A stretch of DNA of 64,000 nucleotides from a bacterium. Its GTDB lineage: Bacteria > RBG-13-61-14 > DATKZS01. A model generated the notes under the pieces. It worked only from the letters and a program-made list of their open reading frames with translations, was not told the origin of the DNA and did not search any database. The stretch is taken from contig CAXXFL010000005.1 of the NCBI GenBank assembly GCA_963674965.2, positions 416,001 through 480,000 on the forward strand, given 5' to 3'. Every line of letters starts with the position of its first letter. Positions within the stretch are counted from its first letter, which is position 1. This document shows positions 47,934 to 58,465 of this stretch, piece by piece. Both the position numbers and the translations under genes were made by a program.

Positions 47934-50900
47934 TCAAGCCAGGGAGAACCCCGATCTCTCGCGCAGCCTGAAATATTGGTCGGAGACTGAAAAGGCTAAA
48001 AGCTCGATGACGTCGGGGTGTTTTTCCCATACGGCCATTTTTTCCTCGAGGGAGTTGTATTTGACGTTGGCGTATTTGGGATCCGTCTTGACGATGGCGT
48101 CGAAGGCCGCGGTCACGTCTCCACAGACCAGCAGCCCGGCCCGGTTGGCGGTATGGTCCATGGCCTTTCTCCACCGGGCGGGGTCGGTCTCGGCCACTTC
48201 CTGGGAGAACCTTGGACTGATGGCCTCCACCTGGGCCTTGACCTTTCTCGCGTTCCAGGGGATAAGCTTTTTGCTGAGTTTCCTTTTTTTCTCCACCTCC
48301 TGGGGCGGCATGCCGGGTATGTTGAGCTGGAGGTTGGGATCGAAAGCCAGGGCGACCAGACAAAGCTGGGCGATGACCTTGTCGGGCGGAAAGTGCATGG
48401 CCAGGGAATGGCGGTCCACCAGGTGCTCGAGGGCCCGGCCCATAACGAAGCGCTGCTCGTGAGGAGTGAATTTTTTAAACCACTCCGTGCTGACGATAAG
48501 GGCCGGAGGCGATCCATGCACGACCTGCGGAGGCGCCGCCTGCGGCACGAGGTACATGTCCAGGTCCTCGACGCCGAGGTTATGGGCAACGTCGGCGGCC
48601 AGGTCCTTAAGAGGAGACTCGGACGAACCGTCGAGCTTGTATTGCTTTTTGGCCCCGAACTTCTCGAGGGGCGGCGGGAAAATCTTGGTCATCTGATCGG
48701 CCATGGCCAAAAGCATGTCCCGCAGCGGGCCTCTTTCGTCGGGATGAACCATTTGTCCCTCCCGCTCGATGTCGGGAAGTATCTTCTGGCTCGAGCGGAA
48801 AGCCTTGGCCTTGTTGGCCTCGTAAAAAAGGTCCTCCTCGTAGTCCAGGGAGTCGAGGAGCTTTAGGATCGAGTAAAGACAGAACTGGGCGTCAAGTTGG
48901 CGCTTTTCCTTGTAGATGTTGGCCAGGTCCCGGTACGTCTGCTTGCGCCAGGGCTGCATCCGGATGAGGTTCAAGTTCTCCGCCTTGGCCTGGTCCACGA
49001 ACTTGGGATCGGAAACGTAAATGGCGGCCAGCTCGGAGCGGGCCGTCTCGTTTTCCGGCTGGATTTTAAGGACCTGCTGGAAGTTGATGATGGCCCTTTC
49101 CTTGTTCTCCGTGTGGTCACGATAGACCTCGCCCAGCTTGTAGTAAAGATTGATCAGGGAAGGGTGTTCCTCCGGCGGGACCAGACGGATGAAGTTCTCG
49201 CTGGTGGAAATGTACTTGTCCCATTCCTCGAGCTTCAAGTAAATGTCTCCCAACGACTGCATGGAGGGAACGTGCACCTGGTCGATGGCCAGGGCGGCCT
49301 CGAACTGGGTCCTGGCTTTCTCCAGGTCGTTAAGGCCCTCGAAGTAGACCCGGCCCAGGGAGTGGTGGTTTTCCACCAGCCTCATGCTGTCCGTCTCGAG
49401 GTCGATCATGTGAAGCAGGGCGTTCTCGGCCTCGGGCCAGCTCTGGCGGCGAAGGAAAATCCTCGAAATCCTGTCCCAGCCGTGAAGATGGGTGGGAAGG
49501 ACCTTGACGGCGGCCTGGAAGTGAGCCAGGGCGCTGTTTTCCTCGCCCAGCTTGTCCTCCAGCACCTCGCCCTTTCCCACCAGGCCGTCGGCCTGGGCCT
49601 CGGAGGAGGGCGCCGCCTGGATCATGCGGTCGAAGGCGGCCAGGGCGTTCTTCCATAATTCTTGGCGGCAATAAAGGTCGACCAGCTTGGTAAGGGCCGG
49701 AAAATCCTTGGGCCTGATCTCGAGGGCCTTCTCGTAAGCCTCGGTGGCCTTGTCCAGCTTGTCCTGCTTCTCCTCGATTTCTCCCTTCCGGACGTAAAGA
49801 GGGAAAGCCGCCTCGAGGTCCTGGGCCGCCGTGACCACGGCCAGGAGACGGTCGGTAAAGCTCGAGGCCTCGGCCCACTTTTTCTTCTGGGTGTAAATAT
49901 CGGACAGGCGCTCGAGGGGAGGCCTGTAATCCGCCGCCAATCCAACCGACGAGTGGTACCTGGACATGGCCGCGTCAACGTCATCGCCCCGCTCGGCGCA
50001 CCACCCGGCCTTGTGGAAGACCTCGGCGCCCTTCTCGTCGGTCTCGGAGTCGACGCTTTCGATCCAAATCTCGTAGAGCGGCCTTGCGTCTGCCCATCTT
50101 TCGGACTTGTAATATATTTCGGACAGGGGCTTCACGGAGGGAAGATACTTGCCGTCGATGGCGAGCGCCCGCTCGTAGGCCCCGGCGGCCTGCTTTTCGT
50201 CTCCCAGCTTATGCTCGAGAATCTGGCCGGCCTCGGTGAATATCTCGAGCTTGCGTGAGGCCTCGCCGACGATCTTTTCCTCCCGGAGCAGCATCTTGAC
50301 CACGTCGGGCCATTGTTCCCGCTTCTCGTAGATGGACTTGGCCAGGAAAACGGGGCGGGTAGCGTGGTCGTCGATGGCCATGGCGCGGCCGTAGACCTCG
50401 AGGGCTCCGTCGTCGTCGGTCAGCTTGGTCTCGAGGGTTTGTCCGGCCTTGCAGAGTATCTCGACCGCCCGAGGTTTGTCCCGCGCCACCAGCTCGGCCA
50501 ACTCCCGCGACCTCTCGACGAACTCTGGGTCCTTTCCGGTCCGCTCGTATAAGGAAACCAGGGCCTCGAGGCCGGGAACGTTTTGAGAGTCGATCGAGCG
50601 CACGCGCTCCCAACTGGAGATGGCGTCCTCGAGCCGCTCGAGCTTCTCGTCCCACAGGGAGCCTATGCGGCCGAAGTAGTCTATCTTGCCCTGGTCGTCG
50701 GCCCGGGCGGCCAGCCGCTCGAGGGTGTCGATCAACTCCTCCCACCTGGAGGCCGCCTCGAACAGGCGCTCGAGGGTAAGTAGAACGGAACGCCTTTCAG
50801 GGTCGAGGTCACGGGCGACGATCAAATGCTCGATGGCCCGGCCCGGGTCGCCCAGGTGTTCCTCCACGATCTTGGCCACCCGCTCGTGAAGAACGGCCTT

Positions 50901-53840
50901 GTCCGAGTCGGCCTCGAGCTTTTCCGCCTGGCTGACCAGTATCTCGATCAGCTCCTCCCAGCGCTGCTCGCGCTCGTAGAGCCGCTCGAGCTCGCTCAGG
51001 GTCTCGAGCCGGGCGGGATCGAGATCAAGGGCCTCCCGCAGCATGGCGATGGCCCGGTTGGGGTCCTGGAGTTTTTCGTCCAGCGTCCGGGCGGCTCGAA
51101 AGAGGAGGTCGATCTTGCCCGAGGTCTCCCCGGTGACGTCCTTGAAGGCGACCAGGGCCGCCACCATGTCCTCCCACCTGCCCTTGGCCTCGAGAAGGCG
51201 AACCAGCTCGGAGTGGCTCTCGGCGCGGTCGGGAACAAGACGGAGCACGGCCTGCTGGCACTTGATCGACTCGTCCAGCGCCTGGAAGTGTTCCTCGTAA
51301 TGGCGGGCCAGGCGAAGGTACGTCTCGATCTGGACTTCCTTTTCCTTGCGAAGAGGAAGCTCGGTCAGCATCATCCGGATAAGCTCGCCCCACTGTCCCG
51401 CCTTCTCGTACATGAGCGACAGCTCGCGCATGATGGGCGCGGACTTGGGCTCCTTGGCCAATACCTGGCGAAGGGCCGCGATGCTTTCCTCGTTCGCGCC
51501 CAGCTCGTCGCGAAGCACGCCCGCCAGCCTGAGCCGCACCGAGGTACCGTAGTCCTCGGGAAGTATCTTGAGGGCCCGGGCGAGAAGCTGGGGCCTTTCC
51601 TGCTTGTCGTCGCTCCAGACGGAGGCCAGCCAGGCGCCGCGCAGGGCATCGGCCTCGGCGCCGGGTACCTCCTCGAGGGCCTTCATGGCGCGGGCCATGC
51701 CGGACGGGTCGATCTTGCCGTCGGGGCCGGCTATCTCTCCTCGCGCCCAGGCGGCCTCCCAGGCCACCGCCTTCTTATGCTCGTCCGCCAGCCGGCTCGA
51801 GAAGTCCTCGAGCAGGCTCATGTACTTGCTCCAGTAGCCCGCGAGCTGGGCCAGGTCGATCATGGGCAGGTAAAGGTGAGGCTCCCGCATGAAGCTGACC
51901 CGCGCCTTCTCGCAGGCGGCCCAGGAGTCGGTCAACTCGCCCAGCACCTCCCGGGCCGAGGCCATGCGTAAAAGCCGGGCCCCGCGGAGCACGCCCTCCG
52001 AGCCGGACTCGGCCAACTCTTGCGCCATGCCCGCGTAGGGTGCAAGCTCGCCCTTTTGATAATGGACCCGGCGCAGGGAGTCCATGCCGAACGCGTGTTT
52101 GCCCGCGGCCAGGGACTTGTAAATGGCGAAGGCCTGGTCGGCTTTGTCCAGCCGGACCTCGTAGAGCCACCCGAGCCGGGACTTGAGCTCGGCCGCCATT
52201 TTCTCGTCCTTGGCGTTCTCGCTCATCCGGGCCACGGCCCCCGCCAGGTTCTGCCAGCTCGAGTTTTTGCGGCTGAGGCGGGCGATGGCGGCCAGTGCCC
52301 CCTGGTCGGCGGGATCGACCTTCATAATCTCGCCGAAGATGGCGAAGGCCTGGTCTTCCCGGCCCAGTTTCTCGAGGTTGATAAGGGCCAGCCAGGTCTG
52401 GTAGAACTTTTTTACCGCCGGGTCCGTGACCATCTTGGCCGAGGCGGTCATGACCTTGGCCATGTTGGCGAAGTCCCGGTTCATGTGGTACATGCGGGAC
52501 ATGGCCTGGAGGATGGGAAACTGGCTGGGAGGGGTCTCGAGGGCCTTCATGTAGGCGGCGAGAGCCATGTCCTGGTTTCCCATCTTATGGGTGGCCAACT
52601 CGGCCTTGCGCAGCAAAAGGCCCTGCCTCTCGCGGGGATCGGCGACGCGTCCCAATTCGCGGTCGATGGCCTCGATGGCCTCCTGGTGCGCGCCGGCCCT
52701 GACCAGGGACTCGATGACCCAGGCCCCGGCGAAGAGGTCTTCGGGCGCGGTTTCCATCCAGCTCGAGGCGGCCTCGACGGCGGCCTCCGGGTCGCTCAGG
52801 TCGTCGAGCAGGGTCCTGGCCCGGTCGGCCAGATAAAATGAGCGCTCGGCCGGGTCCTCGATCAGGCCGGCCATGCGGGCGTCAAGGTCGGCCCGCAACT
52901 CGGGAGGTCCGGTTTCCATGGCCCTTAGGGCCGCCTGATAAAGGGCGGGGAAAAAGTCGGGCCAGGTCTCGAGGATGGCCTGAATTTCCTTGTCGGCCCC
53001 CTCGGGGTCTTCCAGGCCGTCCGCCCTTAGCCGGGCCAGGCTGAGCCTGAGTTGGGCGGGCGGGGTCTCGCCCGCGGCGAGTATTTCCTCGACCGCGGAG
53101 GCGAGGTGATTCGCCGCCTTGTCCCATTCCTTTTTGCCCTCGGCGATTTCGTATAAAGACAGGCTAGAGAGGAGGGCGCCCTCCTTCTCGCCGGCTTTTT
53201 CGTACCAGCCGCGGGCGCCTTCGCCGTCCTGGAAGCGGAACTCGCAAATCTGGCCCAGCCGGAAGGCGCAGGAGCCGGAGAAGGCGGGGTCGGCCCCGCA
53301 TAGCTCGAAGAGCCTCTCGTAATTTTGCTTTACTCCCTCCCAGTCCCCGGCCCTGAGGGCGAGAGTGAGCTTGATCCAGACCGCCTGGGTCAGCCGAGCG
53401 TTCTCCGCCAGCAGGCCGTCGAGCACGGCCTGGGCGTCGCCTATCCTTCCCAGCCGGAAGGCCAGTATCCTGGCTTTCTCGAGCTTCAAGGAGGTCGCGT
53501 CCCATCCGCTTCCCGCCCCGAGTTCCTCGTCGAGCAGGGACGCCGCGGCTTCCCAGTCTCCCCGCCGCCAATGGATTTCCATGCGGTACTGGCGGGCCAG
53601 CCGCAGCCAGAGCGCGTCGCCCTCGACCTTGAGAAAGCAGTCCAGGGCCTTGTCGTCGTCGCCCGCCTTCATGGCGGCGGCCCCGGCGCGGCAGTTGTAG
53701 CCGGCTTTCTCCGCGGGACCGGCCACGGCCTGGGCCTGCCCGAGCAGGGCGTCGGCCAGGCCGGACCAGTTCTTGGAGGAATGGCATTCCTCCTCCACGA
53801 TTCTCCATTTTAATAGATCAGCGCCGGACGAGCCGTCCAT
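47934..53840 (-). CDS. Giant TPR-repeat protein (~1970 aa; AgmK-like architecture) with C-terminal degenerate M48-peptidase-like domain
   Basis: Dozens of helical repeats (AL..LE.LY....RWEELI..L); AAGGAAAGGA RBS before ATG 53840; C-terminal EQRFVMGRALEH...TANRAGLLVCGD. Confidence 0.85.
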   Translation of the reverse strand: MDGSSGADLLKWRIVEEECHSSKNWSGLADALLGQAQAVAGPAEKAGYNCRAGAAAMKAGDDDKALDCFLKVEGDALWLRLARQYRMEIHWRRGDWEAAASLLDEELGAGSGWDATSLKLEKARILAFRLGRIGDAQAVLDGLLAENARLTQAVWIKLTLALRAGDWEGVKQNYERLFELCGADPAFSGSCAFRLGQICEFRFQDGEGARGWYEKAGEKEGALLSSLSLYEIAEGKKEWDKAANHLASAVEEILAAGETPPAQLRLSLARLRADGLEDPEGADKEIQAILETWPDFFPALYQAALRAMETGPPELRADLDARMAGLIEDPAERSFYLADRARTLLDDLSDPEAAVEAASSWMETAPEDLFAGAWVIESLVRAGAHQEAIEAIDRELGRVADPRERQGLLLRKAELATHKMGNQDMALAAYMKALETPPSQFPILQAMSRMYHMNRDFANMAKVMTASAKMVTDPAVKKFYQTWLALINLEKLGREDQAFAIFGEIMKVDPADQGALAAIARLSRKNSSWQNLAGAVARMSENAKDEKMAAELKSRLGWLYEVRLDKADQAFAIYKSLAAGKHAFGMDSLRRVHYQKGELAPYAGMAQELAESGSEGVLRGARLLRMASAREVLGELTDSWAACEKARVSFMREPHLYLPMIDLAQLAGYWSKYMSLLEDFSSRLADEHKKAVAWEAAWARGEIAGPDGKIDPSGMARAMKALEEVPGAEADALRGAWLASVWSDDKQERPQLLARALKILPEDYGTSVRLRLAGVLRDELGANEESIAALRQVLAKEPKSAPIMRELSLMYEKAGQWGELIRMMLTELPLRKEKEVQIETYLRLARHYEEHFQALDESIKCQQAVLRLVPDRAESHSELVRLLEAKGRWEDMVAALVAFKDVTGETSGKIDLLFRAARTLDEKLQDPNRAIAMLREALDLDPARLETLSELERLYEREQRWEELIEILVSQAEKLEADSDKAVLHERVAKIVEEHLGDPGRAIEHLIVARDLDPERRSVLLTLERLFEAASRWEELIDTLERLAARADDQGKIDYFGRIGSLWDEKLERLEDAISSWERVRSIDSQNVPGLEALVSLYERTGKDPEFVERSRELAELVARDKPRAVEILCKAGQTLETKLTDDDGALEVYGRAMAIDDHATRPVFLAKSIYEKREQWPDVVKMLLREEKIVGEASRKLEIFTEAGQILEHKLGDEKQAAGAYERALAIDGKYLPSVKPLSEIYYKSERWADARPLYEIWIESVDSETDEKGAEVFHKAGWCAERGDDVDAAMSRYHSSVGLAADYRPPLERLSDIYTQKKKWAEASSFTDRLLAVVTAAQDLEAAFPLYVRKGEIEEKQDKLDKATEAYEKALEIRPKDFPALTKLVDLYCRQELWKNALAAFDRMIQAAPSSEAQADGLVGKGEVLEDKLGEENSALAHFQAAVKVLPTHLHGWDRISRIFLRRQSWPEAENALLHMIDLETDSMRLVENHHSLGRVYFEGLNDLEKARTQFEAALAIDQVHVPSMQSLGDIYLKLEEWDKYISTSENFIRLVPPEEHPSLINLYYKLGEVYRDHTENKERAIINFQQVLKIQPENETARSELAAIYVSDPKFVDQAKAENLNLIRMQPWRKQTYRDLANIYKEKRQLDAQFCLYSILKLLDSLDYEEDLFYEANKAKAFRSSQKILPDIEREGQMVHPDERGPLRDMLLAMADQMTKIFPPPLEKFGAKKQYKLDGSSESPLKDLAADVAHNLGVEDLDMYLVPQAAPPQVVHGSPPALIVSTEWFKKFTPHEQRFVMGRALEHLVDRHSLAMHFPPDKVIAQLCLVALAFDPNLQLNIPGMPPQEVEKKRKLSKKLIPWNARKVKAQVEAISPRFSQEVAETDPARWRKAMDHTANRAGLLVCGDVTAAFDAIVKTDPKYANVKYNSLEEKMAVWEKHPDVIELLAFSVSDQYFRLRERSGFSLA

Positions 53841-54016
53841 GGTCAAATCCTTTCCTTGAGGGGCCGATAAAGTCTCGGCCCGACGCCCGTCCCGCTCGGC
53901 GAGTAAAGGTCGTTTTTCTCGCTCCGCGTTCACGGGCCTTTTTCATCAACGGATTGTCAAGATATCCCGCCGCTAGCCGGCGAGGGGAGCCGTCGGACGA
54001 GACGCCGTTATTTGCG

Positions 54017-54595
54017 CTATTGCTCGGTGAGAAGCTGAAAAACAACCTGGTACAGGCGCTCGGCGAATTCCTCGGGTGACGACCCCGTGCCCTTGTTAAT
54101 GTACTTGGCCGGCTTGCAATATTTAAGAACCTTTTTAAAAGTGTCGTCACATTTATACGAAGTGAAGAAGAGGATGGGGGTCGGTCTTTTCTTCCCATAG
54201 CCCTTCTCGATGGCTCGAAAGATGACGGCGGCGTTAATGCCGTTTAAAATCGGCATGTTGACGTCAAGGATGACGAGGGAAATAGGCTTGTTCGACTTGA
54301 CGCGGTTTACCACCGTCTCGATGAATTCCTCGCCGTTTTTCGAGGCGTCCACCGTCTTGGAAATCTTCTTGTCCTGGAGCATGCGGGTGACGGTCTTTAA
54401 AAGAAGCGCGTTATCCTCGGCCGCCACCACGTGCTGGAGGGTCTTAAGGCTGGTTTGTTCCTCGGCGGCCTCCTCATGCAGGATCAGCCCGCAAACGGAG
54501 CAGTGCTTGATCTCGTCGCCCTCCGAGAGCATGACAAAATACTCGACCTTTTCTCCGCAGCTTGGACAATATAGTTTATCCGAATCCGCCGCCAA
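54017..54595 (-). CDS. Response-regulator receiver protein with N-terminal zinc ribbon
   Basis: CPSC...CSVC; AAEDN, ILDVNMPILNG, FFTS, YINK; TTGACA-N16-TATGAT promoter at 54661-54688. Confidence 0.82.
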   Translation of the reverse strand: MAADSDKLYCPSCGEKVEYFVMLSEGDEIKHCSVCGLILHEEAAEEQTSLKTLQHVVAAEDNALLLKTVTRMLQDKKISKTVDASKNGEEFIETVVNRVKSNKPISLVILDVNMPILNGINAAVIFRAIEKGYGKKRPTPILFFTSYKCDDTFKKVLKYCKPAKYINKGTGSSPEEFAERLYQVVFQLLTEQ

Positions 54596-54833
54596 TCCAT
54601 ATACTCCCGATATTCAGAGAATCCCCCCGCCGCAAATGCCCCGGAGGGTAGCGCACTTCAATCATATCGTATTTGTTTTCCATGTCAAGAACATATGGTT
54701 ATCGAGGGCCGCCCGACATGTCTCTCGCCGCTCGTTCCGGGCGAATTTTTACCGGCCCGGCCGACCTCCCGGGACCCCGCCGTCTTCCTCGATCGGTTAG
54801 TAATTCTCCGCCTATTCTGCTACCATTATCGCC

Positions 54834-55895
54834 GTGTTTACGCTGGAACAGCGGATTGGAAGGATACTTATCGTCAGGATGAGCGCCATTGGCGACGTGA
54901 TACTCACGTTGCCGGTGGTTGAGGCCCTTGGCGAGAGGTTTCCCGAGGCCGAAATCGATTACCTGGTGAAATCCGAGTACGCGGAGATACTGGCGGGACA
55001 TCCTCGCCTTAACGACCTGATTGTCTTCGACAAATCCAAGGGTTTCGCCGAATACCGGCAACTGGTAAAGCGGGCGCGGAAAAGACGCTACGACCTTATC
55101 GTTGACCTGCACTCGAACCCGAGGAGCATGTACCTTAGGCTCTTCGCCGCTCCGGCCATGAGCCGGGTGTACCGCAAAAGGGTGGCCGAGCGCCTTCTCC
55201 TCAAGTGGTTCAGATGGGACCTTTTACATGACGCGCCCCCGGTGGCGGACAGGTATTTCACCGCCCTCGAGGACTTCGGCATAGTCCGCGACGGCCGGAG
55301 ACCCAGGATATTCATTCCCGCGGAAGACAAGGAAAAAGCGGACAAGACCCTGGCCGCGGCCGGGGTACCCGAGGGAGCCGATATTCTGGCGCTGGCCCCG
55401 GGCGCGAGCTATAACACCAAAAAATGGCCCGCGTCCCATTTTGCCCGGGCGGCCCTCGAGCTTTGCCCTCCCTCGCGAACGGTCGTTCTTCTTGGAGGGC
55501 CGGGGGATAGGCGGGAGACGGACGAGGTGAAAACCACGCTGGCCGAAAGCGGGACCCGGGCGGCGGACCTGTCCGGCCGGATGACCCTCATGGGCAGCGC
55601 CGCCGTTATCTCCAGATCTTCTCTTTTACTGACCAACGACTCGGGCCTTATGCACGTGGCCGACGCCCTGGACAAGCCCCTGGTGGCGGTCTTCGGGCCC
55701 ACCAGCCGGGAGCTCGGGTTTTTTCCCCTGGGCCCTGGCTCGAGGGTGGCCCAGGTCGAGGGCCTCGAGTGCCGGCCCTGCTCGCTTCACGGCGACGCCC
55801 GCTGTCCCCTTGGCCATCACCGGTGCATGAAGGAGTTAGGCCCCGAGAGCGTGGCGGCCCTGGCCCGGGAGGCCATGGGGAACGCACATGCCTGA
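54834..55895 (+). CDS. GT9 LPS heptosyltransferase (WaaF-like)
   Basis: RILIVRMSAIGDVIL, LAPGA..KKWP, TNDSGLMHVA, VFGPT. Confidence 0.9.
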   Translation: MFTLEQRIGRILIVRMSAIGDVILTLPVVEALGERFPEAEIDYLVKSEYAEILAGHPRLNDLIVFDKSKGFAEYRQLVKRARKRRYDLIVDLHSNPRSMYLRLFAAPAMSRVYRKRVAERLLLKWFRWDLLHDAPPVADRYFTALEDFGIVRDGRRPRIFIPAEDKEKADKTLAAAGVPEGADILALAPGASYNTKKWPASHFARAALELCPPSRTVVLLGGPGDRRETDEVKTTLAESGTRAADLSGRMTLMGSAAVISRSSLLLTNDSGLMHVADALDKPLVAVFGPTSRELGFFPLGPGSRVAQVEGLECRPCSLHGDARCPLGHHRCMKELGPESVAALAREAMGNAHA

Positions 55896-57222
55896 GCCGC
55901 TCTCCTTTTCGGGCCGGGCCTTCAAGCTCCTGTACAGCGGACTCGCGGCCCCCGTCATTATGGGGGCTTATAAAACCTGGTCCCTCCATGACCATAAGGC
56001 CCTCGAGTTCTTCAAGGAACGGGAGGGCATGCTCGAGGAACTGGCCGGCGCCCTGGAAGGCTCGGCCGATGGGGTCCCGACGGTCCTTTTTCACGCCGCC
56101 TCAGTGGGAGAGCTGCTCCAGGTCATGCCGGTCATGAGACAAATGGCCGAGAAGGGCGAACCGGTTTTCTCCATACTTAGCTATACCTCGCCATCGGTAA
56201 CCAGGAACCGGCCCAAACGCATAGCGGCCAACGTTATAACTCCATCTCCGCTGGACCGGCCCCGCCAGGTTTCGCGCTTCCTGGATATTACCGGACCCGA
56301 CCTGATCGTTTTTTCCACCTATGACGTCTGGCCGGGAATGGTTTACGGGGCCCTCGAGCGGGGCATACCCATGGCCCTGGTCAACGGGTCATTGCCCCCC
56401 AACTCGGGCAGGCTCAAGTTCCCGGCGCGGGCCTTCATGAAAAGCGTGTACGGCCCCCTCGGCCGGGTGGGCGCGGTCACCGAGGCCGACGCGGGACGTT
56501 TCGAGTCCCTCGGCGTTTCGCCTTCCCGGATAAGGGTGACGGGCGACTGCCGGTTCGATCAAACCATGGCGAGGTGCGAGGCGGTAAGAGACGACGACCC
56601 GGATATCTCGATGGTCCCCAGGTTCGGCTTTACCCTGGTGGGCGGCTCGACCTGGCCCGAGGACCTGCGCCTCCTTCTTCCCCCCCTTTGCGCTCTTATG
56701 AAAAACCGGCCCGAGCTGGGCGCCATCCTGGCCCCGCACGAGATGGACGAAAGTGAAATGGGCAAGATGGAGAGAACCCTCGAGGGGGCCGGCCTCAAGA
56801 CGGTCCGCTACTCGGCGCTAAAAAAGGGGAATCCGGCGTGTGAGTCTCGGGTGGTGGTGGTCGACGCGCTGGGGGTCCTTTACAAGCTTTACAAAAAGGG
56901 AGACCTCGCCTACGTGGGAGGAGGCTTCGGCAAGGGCGTCCATAACGTGATGGAGCCGGCGGGCATGGGTCTTCCCGTGTTTTTCGGACCGAACAATAAA
57001 AACAGCGCCGAGGCCCAGATCATGATGGGAGAGGGGGCCGCCCGGCCGGCGCGGGGCGCGGGCGAGGTGGAGAGCATACTGAGGGAGTACGTCGAGAGCC
57101 CGGAGCGGGCGAAAAAGGACGGGGGCCTGGCCCTGTCGATCATGAAAAGGAACGAGGGCGCTACGGCCGGCACGGTCGAGATGGTAAGAGAGCTTCTTTG
57201 CCGGCGAAGGCCTGGAATATAA
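55888..57222 (+). CDS. waaA: 3-deoxy-D-manno-octulosonic acid transferase
   Basis: FHAASVGE, PLD, VTGD.RFD, GGSTW, YVGGGF..GVHNVMEPA. Confidence 0.88.
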   Translation: MPEPLSFSGRAFKLLYSGLAAPVIMGAYKTWSLHDHKALEFFKEREGMLEELAGALEGSADGVPTVLFHAASVGELLQVMPVMRQMAEKGEPVFSILSYTSPSVTRNRPKRIAANVITPSPLDRPRQVSRFLDITGPDLIVFSTYDVWPGMVYGALERGIPMALVNGSLPPNSGRLKFPARAFMKSVYGPLGRVGAVTEADAGRFESLGVSPSRIRVTGDCRFDQTMARCEAVRDDDPDISMVPRFGFTLVGGSTWPEDLRLLLPPLCALMKNRPELGAILAPHEMDESEMGKMERTLEGAGLKTVRYSALKKGNPACESRVVVVDALGVLYKLYKKGDLAYVGGGFGKGVHNVMEPAGMGLPVFFGPNNKNSAEAQIMMGEGAARPARGAGEVESILREYVESPERAKKDGGLALSIMKRNEGATAGTVEMVRELLCRRRPGI

Positions 57223-57242
57223 AAGAATCCCGGGAGGTAATA

Positions 57243-58220
57243 ATGGCCAGATTGAACGTCAGGGAAATAAAAACGGGCGACCAGTTTACGGGTTTTTATC
57301 TGGTCAAGTCCAAGCGGCAACTTACCACCAGGGCGGGCAAGCCCTACCTGGACCTGGACGTGGCCGACGCCACCGGCTCGGTCAACTGCAAGGTCTGGGA
57401 CGACGCGGAGAACTTTTCCTCCATGTTCGGGCGGGGCGACGTGATCAAGATACGGGCCTCGGCCGAGGAGTTCCAGGGCAAGCCCCAGCTCAAGATATTC
57501 GAGCTCCGTCCCCTCCAGAAGGGGGACGAGGTGGACATGAGCGACCTTATCCGGACCACTCCCTACAACGTGGAGGAGATGCTGGATTATTTAAGGGGCG
57601 AGATCGGGTCGATGAAGGACCCCGACCTGGCGGGCCTGATGTCGTCATTTTTCGGGGACGAGGAATTCGTGGAGGAGTTCTCGAGGGCGGCGGCGGCTCG
57701 GAACGTTCATCACGTCTATAGGGGAGGTCTTCTCGAGCACACGGTGAAGGTGGTGAAGACCTGCATGTTCGCGGCGGACGCGTTGTATCCCGGCCAGGTC
57801 GATCGTGATCTCCTTTTCGCGGGGGCGGTCCTCCACGACGCGGGCAAGACGCGGGAGTTGGACTCGGAGATGGAAATTTCCTATACCACCGAGGGCTACC
57901 TGGCCGGACACCTCATGCTCGGCGTCATGATGACGGCGGAAAGGGCCAGGTCCATACCCGGCTTTCCCGAGTCCAGGCTCCTCGACCTCCTCCATGTCAT
58001 CATCAGCCACCACGGCGAAAAGGAATGGGGCAGCCCCGTGGTTCCCATGACCGCCGAGGCCATGATCGTGCATAACGCGGACAACCTTGACGCCAAGACC
58101 CAGATAGCCCTGACCGCCATCTCCGAGGACCCCAACCAGGAGGAAAACTTCACCCAGTACCACCGCTTATTGGGAAGGCATTTTTACAAGGGCGGACGAG
58201 GGGTAGAAGGCGTAGATTGA
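57243..58220 (+). CDS. YhaM/Cbf1-like 3'-5' exoribonuclease (OB-fold + HD domain)
   Basis: GKPYL...DATG...KVW OB-fold; HHVYRGGLLEH, LHDAGK, SHHG..EWGSP, HNADNLDA. Confidence 0.88.
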   Translation: MARLNVREIKTGDQFTGFYLVKSKRQLTTRAGKPYLDLDVADATGSVNCKVWDDAENFSSMFGRGDVIKIRASAEEFQGKPQLKIFELRPLQKGDEVDMSDLIRTTPYNVEEMLDYLRGEIGSMKDPDLAGLMSSFFGDEEFVEEFSRAAAARNVHHVYRGGLLEHTVKVVKTCMFAADALYPGQVDRDLLFAGAVLHDAGKTRELDSEMEISYTTEGYLAGHLMLGVMMTAERARSIPGFPESRLLDLLHVIISHHGEKEWGSPVVPMTAEAMIVHNADNLDAKTQIALTAISEDPNQEENFTQYHRLLGRHFYKGGRGVEGVD

Positions 58221-58416
58221 GGCTGCGGCCCTCCGCCATATACGTTTTCAATCCTTCGGCTTGCTTCAGGCGTCCGTAACCTTGGCCCGTCCGGTTTCTA
58301 AGATACCGCGTGGGGTACCATGGGGGTAGGTACAAGGCGTGGGAGATCGCGCTGAAAAAGTGGAAGAAAAAGTTGTTTAGCGCCCGGTGGTACGGCGTCT
58401 TGATCGGCGCCGCGAG

Positions 58417-58446
58417 AAAAGGGCGTCCCTATATGAGACGCCCTTT
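58417..58446. terminator. Bidirectional terminator between convergent genes
   Basis: AAAAGGGCGTC...GACGCCCTTT hairpin. Confidence 0.7.
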
Positions 58447-58465
58447 CGATTTCGTGGGGCTATTA

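Noticed and set aside
47932-48363. N-terminal extension of the TMTC-like ORF to 48363
   Set aside because: Overlaps the giant TPR gene in another frame; ATG 47931 directly follows its stop.
58221-58416. Possible structured element between the YhaM-like and esterase genes
   Set aside because: Only short scattered stems, no promoter or repeat copy found; insufficient support.
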